Source: an uncultured Veillonellaceae bacterium
GTDB lineage: Bacteria > Bacillota > Negativicutes > JARBTT01
Direction of reading: 5' to 3'
DNA length: 64,000 bases
Assembly (NCBI GenBank): GCA_963805085.1
Contig: CAWDTA010000004.1
Span: 256,001-320,000 of the forward strand
The notes below the pieces were generated by a model. That model had not been told where the DNA came from. It ran no database searches and was given only the letters and a program-made list of their open reading frames with translations. This document shows, in pieces, positions 58,182 to 64,000 of this stretch. The stretch's first letter is position 1; every line of letters starts with the position of its first letter. Both the position numbers and the translations under genes were made by a program.

Positions 58182-59264
58182 TCACCCTTTCTTCGGAAGT
58201 ATTTTTGCTGTTTCTCGATATACTTCTTCCGTTGTTATGCCGAGTCCCGGTCGAAATACAGTTGTAATTGGTATTGTAAGACCATATAAAGCCTCTGTTA
58301 CCATTTTGTAAAGCTGTCCTTGCGCTGATTCAAAAAGAATTAGTTGCTTCGCCTTAGCTACAGCTTTACGAATTTGTTCTACTGGAAAAGGACGAACTGT
58401 AATTGGTCGAAAATATCCCACTTTTTTTCCTTCTTCTTGAAACATCGTACAAGCAGACATACAAGAACGACTAACGATTCCATGACTGATTACAATCGTA
58501 TCAGCAGTTTCACACCATTGTGCATCCCATTCCACGATCTGAAGCGCCATACTTTCATAATCTTTGATATGTTCTTGCAGCAGTTCATATAATTCTTCTT
58601 CCGTATTATAAGTATTTCGGTAATGTTTGTAGCCTTCGGTAGCAGCCTGCCCTACAAGTGGATAGGCTGGCACAAATTCCATTTGTTCTTGCTCGGGATC
58701 GTAAACCATCAGTGATTCACGCATTTTACCTTGATAGCCATCACCAAGAACATAGGTAGGAAAACGATATTTCCATGCAACGTTAAAAGATTTGATCGTG
58801 TAATCAAAAAGCTCTTGGTGACTTGCCGTTGAATATACCACACGAAATCCTTCGCCATTGCCACCAAAGGCTGTTAATGTTGTTTCTTGTTGTCCATAAA
58901 TAACCGTGGCTGTAGAAGGTCCACCCCGTTGCTGAATGATAAATACAATCGGAATTCTCATCATTTCCGCCATGGCCATTGGTTCCTGCATCAATACATT
59001 ACCAGGTCCAGCTGTACTGGTAAAAGCTCTTTTTCCTGTCATTGCTGCACCTAAAGTATAATAGCCAGCTGAAAGTTCATCTTCCGTTTGTAAAAATAAT
59101 TTGTGATGTTCACTAGCAAACTTTACCCAATACTGCATAACTTCTGTCTGGGGGGTAATGGGATAACCAAATAAAGCATCCGCTTTTGCCGCAATTGCAG
59201 CACGAGCGATCGCTTCATTGCCAGTGATAAACATTCGTTTTCTCGCTAACATTGTATCAGACAT
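58182..59264 (-). CDS. 2-oxoacid:ferredoxin oxidoreductase alpha subunit (VorB-like)
   Basis: TGNEA, GYPITPQTE, EDE, RGGPST. Confidence 0.93.
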   Translation of the reverse strand: MSDTMLARKRMFITGNEAIARAAIAAKADALFGYPITPQTEVMQYWVKFASEHHKLFLQTEDELSAGYYTLGAAMTGKRAFTSTAGPGNVLMQEPMAMAEMMRIPIVFIIQQRGGPSTATVIYGQQETTLTAFGGNGEGFRVVYSTASHQELFDYTIKSFNVAWKYRFPTYVLGDGYQGKMRESLMVYDPEQEQMEFVPAYPLVGQAATEGYKHYRNTYNTEEELYELLQEHIKDYESMALQIVEWDAQWCETADTIVISHGIVSRSCMSACTMFQEEGKKVGYFRPITVRPFPVEQIRKAVAKAKQLILFESAQGQLYKMVTEALYGLTIPITTVFRPGLGITTEEVYRETAKILPKKG

Positions 59265-59449
59265 ATTTTGCCTCCCTCTAGTAATTCGCTTTTCAAAAGC
59301 ACCGCTTCATCTTATTGTTCCTAAAAATTGTTACTATATTCTAGGATCAACAAGCTTTTGCCATTGTTTTGTCATTGCTAGAATAAAAAAAGCGTTATCT
59401 ATCTTCGCAAAGATAAACAACGCTTTTTACCATACTTTTACTGAGTATA

Positions 59450-59833
59450 CTATTTTTTTATCGAAAGATGATCTTTTTGAATCGTTTTGCACAGACGTGA
59501 AAACGTCCAAAACATATTATAAGGGGTCACTATCGCTTTTAAGGCAATCTTTTCAATATTCTCTGCCTTAAAATTTAATAGTATCTCATTCATGCGCTTA
59601 TTGTTAATTCCCTGCATCACCATCACTTCTTGATCAAACAGCTCAGCAGGTTCTTCACCTACCGTTTCTTTAAAACTAGGCATTTCTACTAAGTAGCCGA
59701 CTTTTTGCGACATCATTTCCCCGGAAATACTTTTGGTTTTAATCTTCATACGCTTTAAGATTGTTTTTATTCTAGCTTCTCTTTCTTCATCGGTAAAATG
59801 ATACAAAAGAATTAATTCTTCTACTTTTTTCAT
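59450..59833 (-). CDS. DUF3783-like protein
   Basis: QKVGYL, LKAIVTPYN..WTF..L. Confidence 0.75.
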   Translation of the reverse strand: MKKVEELILLYHFTDEEREARIKTILKRMKIKTKSISGEMMSQKVGYLVEMPSFKETVGEEPAELFDQEVMVMQGINNKRMNEILLNFKAENIEKIALKAIVTPYNMFWTFSRLCKTIQKDHLSIKK

Positions 59834-59938
59834 TTTTAAAATGCCTCTATTCTTTATTTTCATTATATATACTTCAACAAATGTAAAAAAAAAGCACCCG
59901 CCTTTCCAGCCAAGTGCTATATATTGATTTTTATCATC

Positions 59939-60511
59939 CTAACGTTTCTTATCTGCATTAGATTTTGCTGTTTGTTCAGAGATAAATTGCATGAAACGAT
60001 TTTTTTGCACCTGAATAAATTGCGTAACATTCTCTATGATTGGTGCATTTTCAGTAAGTATAGCTTGTAATTTACCTTCCCCGCTTGCTTTCATACTTTC
60101 CGTAGTTGAAGTAACCTTTTTGATTCCTTTTTCTGCGTTATCCAATGATTGTGTGACAACTTCTTTCTTCACTGCTACTTCATTCAGATAATTTTCTACT
60201 TTGGTTTTTACCTCACCTAGTTCTAGTAAGTCCGTCTTAGCAGTTTCTTTCTGCTGCACTACCATCTGCTTTTTATGCATTCGTTCATTTTCAGCGATAT
60301 CTTGTTTATCATGATAGTAGGACAATGTAAAATAGCCAATCACGAATGCAAGAATAAATACGCCCCCCATAATCGCCAACCATTTCTTCTTCGCTCTTGG
60401 GTTTAACGCTTTGCCTCGTTCTTTTCTCATAAAAGCATCCAGTTCCGGATTTCTCTGCGTGATCTCCAGTTTTTCCATTTTTACCGTTTTATCATCCACC
60501 ATCAACATCAC
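59939..60511 (-). CDS. Hypothetical single-TM coiled-coil protein
   Basis: One TM followed by a long helical region. Confidence 0.7.
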   Translation of the reverse strand: MMLMVDDKTVKMEKLEITQRNPELDAFMRKERGKALNPRAKKKWLAIMGGVFILAFVIGYFTLSYYHDKQDIAENERMHKKQMVVQQKETAKTDLLELGEVKTKVENYLNEVAVKKEVVTQSLDNAEKGIKKVTSTTESMKASGEGKLQAILTENAPIIENVTQFIQVQKNRFMQFISEQTAKSNADKKR

Positions 60512-60669
60512 AAATCACTCCAAAACAATTCTGTACCTATTAACAAGCTATATTTTACACTAAAAAAGCCCCGCTTGCCAAACTTTCCTGACAAAAATCT
60601 ATCGCCTATCTAACTCATTACATTCTCGATGAATAACTACGTTTACTTGCTAATGCAAATACCTGAATT

Positions 60670-61221
60670 TTAAATCAAGTAGTAGTTGATTATGGTCATC
60701 CTTAATAAAGTGTCCTTTTGATTAAAATAAACATGTTTTTGCATAGAATCAAATACGATAGAATCACCTGCATTCAAAACATATTGTGTCATACCAATGG
60801 TCAATGTCAACTGTCCCTCATCAATCAAAATATATTCTTGGGCTTTTTCTCCATGCGGAACTGATTCATAAACCGTATGGGGATCTACCTCCACACTAAA
60901 AAGTTCAAAATTGCGATTGGTATGATTGGTAAAATAACAAAGAAGCCGATATTTTCCGTCTACCGCACTTTGCAGTTTTGCATCTTCTTTTCTAATGCAA
61001 ATATTCGTTTCCATCGGTTCATCGATCAGTGCCGTATAAGGAACTTTTAGTCCAGCAGCTATTTTCCAAATCGTATTGATCGTGGGGTTCGATTCACCAC
61101 GTTCAATTTGTCCTAGCATAACTTTGCTAACTCCGCATAGGTCTGAAAGTTTTCCCAAACTGAACTTTCGATCTGATCTCAGTCTTTTTAAATTAGCCGC
61201 AATAATCGTATTTAAATTCAT
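60670..61221 (-). CDS. XRE-family HTH-cupin regulator
   Basis: GVSKVMLGQIERGESNPT plus C-terminal cupin; divergent from azlCD. Confidence 0.92.
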   Translation of the reverse strand: MNLNTIIAANLKRLRSDRKFSLGKLSDLCGVSKVMLGQIERGESNPTINTIWKIAAGLKVPYTALIDEPMETNICIRKEDAKLQSAVDGKYRLLCYFTNHTNRNFELFSVEVDPHTVYESVPHGEKAQEYILIDEGQLTLTIGMTQYVLNAGDSIVFDSMQKHVYFNQKDTLLRMTIINYYLI

Positions 61222-61357
61222 AAAAATCTCCTTGACAACTATAAAGTACAAAAGTAAAATATAACTTACGAAGATACTCTATAATACTACCATTTTACAT
61301 TATAAAGTACGCTTTTATTTTACAACGCTACTTATAACTTAGCAAGGGGGACGAAGT

Positions 61358-62092
61358 ATGGAAGCACAAAGACAATACATAACTTCTAACAAAAAACAAA
61401 ACAAATCCACTTACAATGATTTTTTTCAAGGTGTACAGGATTGCGTACCAACTATTTTCGGTTATTTAAGTATCGGTTTTACTTGTGGCGTGGTAAGTAA
61501 GTCTTGCGGTTTAACCTTTTGGGAAACGATTGGCATGAGCACCTTTATCTATGCAGGTTCTTCGCAATTTATTGCCGCCAGTATGATTTTATCTGCGATC
61601 TCAGCACCGAGCATTATTTTCACCATTTTTTTAGTGAATTTACGACATTTATTTATGAGTGCGGCCTTGGCACCTTATTTTCAAAGAAATTCATTCTGGC
61701 GGAATTTCTTTATAGGAACTCTATTGACGGATGAAACCTTTGTAGTTGCATCTTCAGAAGGCACGAAAAATAATCAGCTAAATTATGCTTGGATGATGGG
61801 ATTAAATATTACCGCCTATCTTAATTGGATTTTAGCAACGGGATTTGGTGTTTTATTTGGAAACCTAATACCAAATTACGAAGTCTTTGGTTTAGACTTT
61901 GCTCTCACAGCGATGTTTATTGGATTATTAGCTTCCTCAATAAAAACTAATATTGTGTTAAGGAAAAGTTTAATGATCATTTTTTCTGCCATTCTCATTT
62001 TGTTGATAAGTACACCTTTCGTATCCTCTAATACAGGTGTACTTTTGGCAGCAATAGGCGGAGCCTTCATCGGGACGGTGATAAAAAAATGA
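61358..62092 (+). CDS. azlC: AzlC-family exporter
   Basis: YAGSSQF, VNLRH, LTDETF. Confidence 0.92.
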   Translation: MEAQRQYITSNKKQNKSTYNDFFQGVQDCVPTIFGYLSIGFTCGVVSKSCGLTFWETIGMSTFIYAGSSQFIAASMILSAISAPSIIFTIFLVNLRHLFMSAALAPYFQRNSFWRNFFIGTLLTDETFVVASSEGTKNNQLNYAWMMGLNITAYLNWILATGFGVLFGNLIPNYEVFGLDFALTAMFIGLLASSIKTNIVLRKSLMIIFSAILILLISTPFVSSNTGVLLAAIGGAFIGTVIKK

Positions 62093-62412
62093 ATATCTAT
62101 GTATGGACGATTATTCTAGGTGGTTGTCTCGTGACAATAATACCAAGGGTGTTACCTATTACTTTATTATCTAAAGTGACACTAAACGAAAAGCTCGCTG
62201 ATTTTTTAACATATTTACCTATATCCATATTATCTGCTTTAATCGCAGTAGAATTATTGATCGTTGATAATCACATCGCATTTTTTGAAAATGCAATAAA
62301 ACTATTAGCTACACTGCCAACATTGTTTATCGCTATTAAAAAAAATAATTTACTATTGACTGTCTTAACTGGAATCATAACGCTGGCTGTATTAAGATTT
62401 ATATCTTGTTAA
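62089..62412 (+). CDS. azlD: AzlD-family protein
   Basis: T.IPRVLP, LP.SILSAL; coupled to azlC. Confidence 0.88.
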   Translation: MNIYVWTIILGGCLVTIIPRVLPITLLSKVTLNEKLADFLTYLPISILSALIAVELLIVDNHIAFFENAIKLLATLPTLFIAIKKNNLLLTVLTGIITLAVLRFISC

Positions 62413-63286
62413 CATCTACAATCGGTTGATAAATATCTAACTCACAATAATTATCTTTACATAAGTGATTATTGATATATTCAAATCTAAAAGTATCCGC
62501 AAATTTATAGCCTGAATTAAAAATCCATTTGGAATACATATGAACAAGCAGCCGACCTATTTGTCTCCCATTGATATCATCCGGACGAAAAAATCCTACA
62601 AAATGAAAAACAACATAATTATGTGCTGGTATGACTATTCCTTCCATATTGCTTGGTATCTGTTTGAGATCATGAACTTGCAATGAAGGCATATAATAAA
62701 TGCAGCCATTATCAGTATCACTCCAGTCTGTATAACCAAAATATACTTGTGAATCAACTGGATTTTTAATTTGCTGACTTTGCTGATAAAAAAATTCTCT
62801 GCCATAAGCATTCGCAATTCGATCACCCGATTTGCTAAGAATTTTATGTTTTACACCTGTTAAAAAGAACTTTTGTTTGAACATAAAGGAAGGTTTATAG
62901 ATCACAGAATTATTAACAGACATAATATCATCTACATTTAATTTTTCCTGTATGACAAGTGACATTGGCTCAGATCTTATCTTCAGTGGCGTAAATCCAA
63001 ACTTTTTGCGAAAAGCTCTAATATAAGATTGTTCATAATCAAATCCATAATCCATTGCAATATCAATAATTCTTCTACCTGTATCTTTTAGTTCTGAAAT
63101 ACTTGATGAAAGCTTGCGTGATTGAACATATTCCATTAAAGATTCACCAGTCAATGATTTAAACATTCTATGCAAGTGATATTTTGACATACCACACTGT
63201 AGGGCTATATCATCTAAACTAATTTTTTTATAGAGATTAGCTTCTATATATCGAAGACATACAGCAATCGTTTCTTTTAAATCCAT
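62399..63286 (-). CDS. AraC-family regulator with GyrI-like effector domain
   Basis: SKYHLHRMF, YGFDYEQSYIRAF. Confidence 0.9.
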   Translation of the reverse strand: MDLKETIAVCLRYIEANLYKKISLDDIALQCGMSKYHLHRMFKSLTGESLMEYVQSRKLSSSISELKDTGRRIIDIAMDYGFDYEQSYIRAFRKKFGFTPLKIRSEPMSLVIQEKLNVDDIMSVNNSVIYKPSFMFKQKFFLTGVKHKILSKSGDRIANAYGREFFYQQSQQIKNPVDSQVYFGYTDWSDTDNGCIYYMPSLQVHDLKQIPSNMEGIVIPAHNYVVFHFVGFFRPDDINGRQIGRLLVHMYSKWIFNSGYKFADTFRFEYINNHLCKDNYCELDIYQPIVDVNKI

Positions 63287-63355
63287 TATGATATAGCCCT
63301 CCTTCAAATACAATTATCGTGAATTAATAAAATTACCCAACAAACTATCTGAACT

Positions 63356-64000
63356 TTACTTAATGTATCTTTCATATGCTTTGAAAATCAACGTAGCATT
63401 ATGCCCACCAAAACCAAAAGAATTACTCAATGCATGTGTAACTTTGCTTTGTCGTCCCTGATTAGGTACATAATCCAAATCACACACTGGATCCAAATTT
63501 TTATAATGAATCGTCGGTGGTAGAAATCCCTCTTTCACTACTAAGGAAGAAATAATTGATTCAATAGCTCCAGCAGCGCCCAACAAATGACCGGTCATGG
63601 ATTTCGTTGAACTTACGGCAAGTTTATATGCCTGCTCACCAAAAAGAGTTTTTATCGCTGTCGTCTCGGTCTCATCATTTAACTTAGTCGAAGTTCCATG
63701 TGCATTGATATATTGAATATCATATTTCGTTAAATTTGCATCTTCTAGAGCTAGTTTCATACAGGCAGCGCCACCTTCTCCGTTTGGATCAATTGCTGTA
63801 ATATGGTATGCATCATTTGTACAACCATACCCAACAATTTCAGCAATAATATTTGCGCCGCGATTTAAAGCATGGCTAAGTTCTTCTACAATCACTATGC
63901 CAGCTCCTTCACCCATAACAAATCCATCTCGTTCTAAATCAAAAGGTCTACAAGCTGTATTTACATCTAAATTCGTTGTCATTGCTTTATTTGCACAAAA
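63356..64000 (-). CDS. fabF: 3-oxoacyl-ACP synthase II (5' end outside window)
   Basis: [43 protein letters not shown]. Confidence 0.93.
   Translation of the reverse strand, partial: FCANKAMTTNLDVNTACRPFDLERDGFVMGEGAGIVIVEELSHALNRGANIIAEIVGYGCTNDAYHITAIDPNGEGGAACMKLALEDANLTKYDIQYINAHGTSTKLNDETETTAIKTLFGEQAYKLAVSSTKSMTGHLLGAAGAIESIISSLVVKEGFLPPTIHYKNLDPVCDLDYVPNQGRQSKVTHALSNSFGFGGHNATLIFKAYERYIK

Noticed and set aside
1236-63313. Numerous 60-155 aa ORFs antisense to or nested in long genes
   Set aside because: Opposite-strand shadows of well-supported CDSs with no recognisable motifs.

Overview
Low-GC (roughly 35-38%) chromosomal window from an anaerobic, diderm Firmicute. An SLH-anchored OmpM-type porin and a small C-terminal-Phe beta-barrel point to Negativicutes (Selenomonadales/Sporomusaceae-like; inference). 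Most genes are on the minus strand. In order: a partial MFS transporter; a trimeric [FeFe]-hydrogenase with non-bifurcating sequence signatures; a secreted beta-helix protein; a frameshifted lipoprotein; an ABC-aprAB-cysDN sulfate assimilation operon behind an unrecognised attenuator; an MCP; two ABC importers; an ascorbate-family PTS/SIS/aldolase cluster; and a ~1.3 kb island dense in hairpins, promoters and small ORFs, bounded by a REP-like palindrome that truncates a DUF4337-like gene. Then: an ABC-2 efflux operon; SSS/LysE/Lrp/MocR genes; an orphan phage tail-fibre plus chaperone pair with no other phage genes; an SLH-porin/pectinase cluster; an mmuM remnant; a LexA-box radical SAM/DUF4130 pair; a four-subunit 2-oxoacid:ferredoxin oxidoreductase; azlCD; and partial fabF. 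No rRNA, tRNA, CRISPR array, integrase or intact transposase was seen. The best leads are the orphan tail-fibre cassette, the OmpM-paralogue pectin locus, the antisense sRNA island, the putative ulosonate (Kdo-like) PTS pathway and two short attenuator leaders. Family assignments come from motif recognition by eye; no database search was run.
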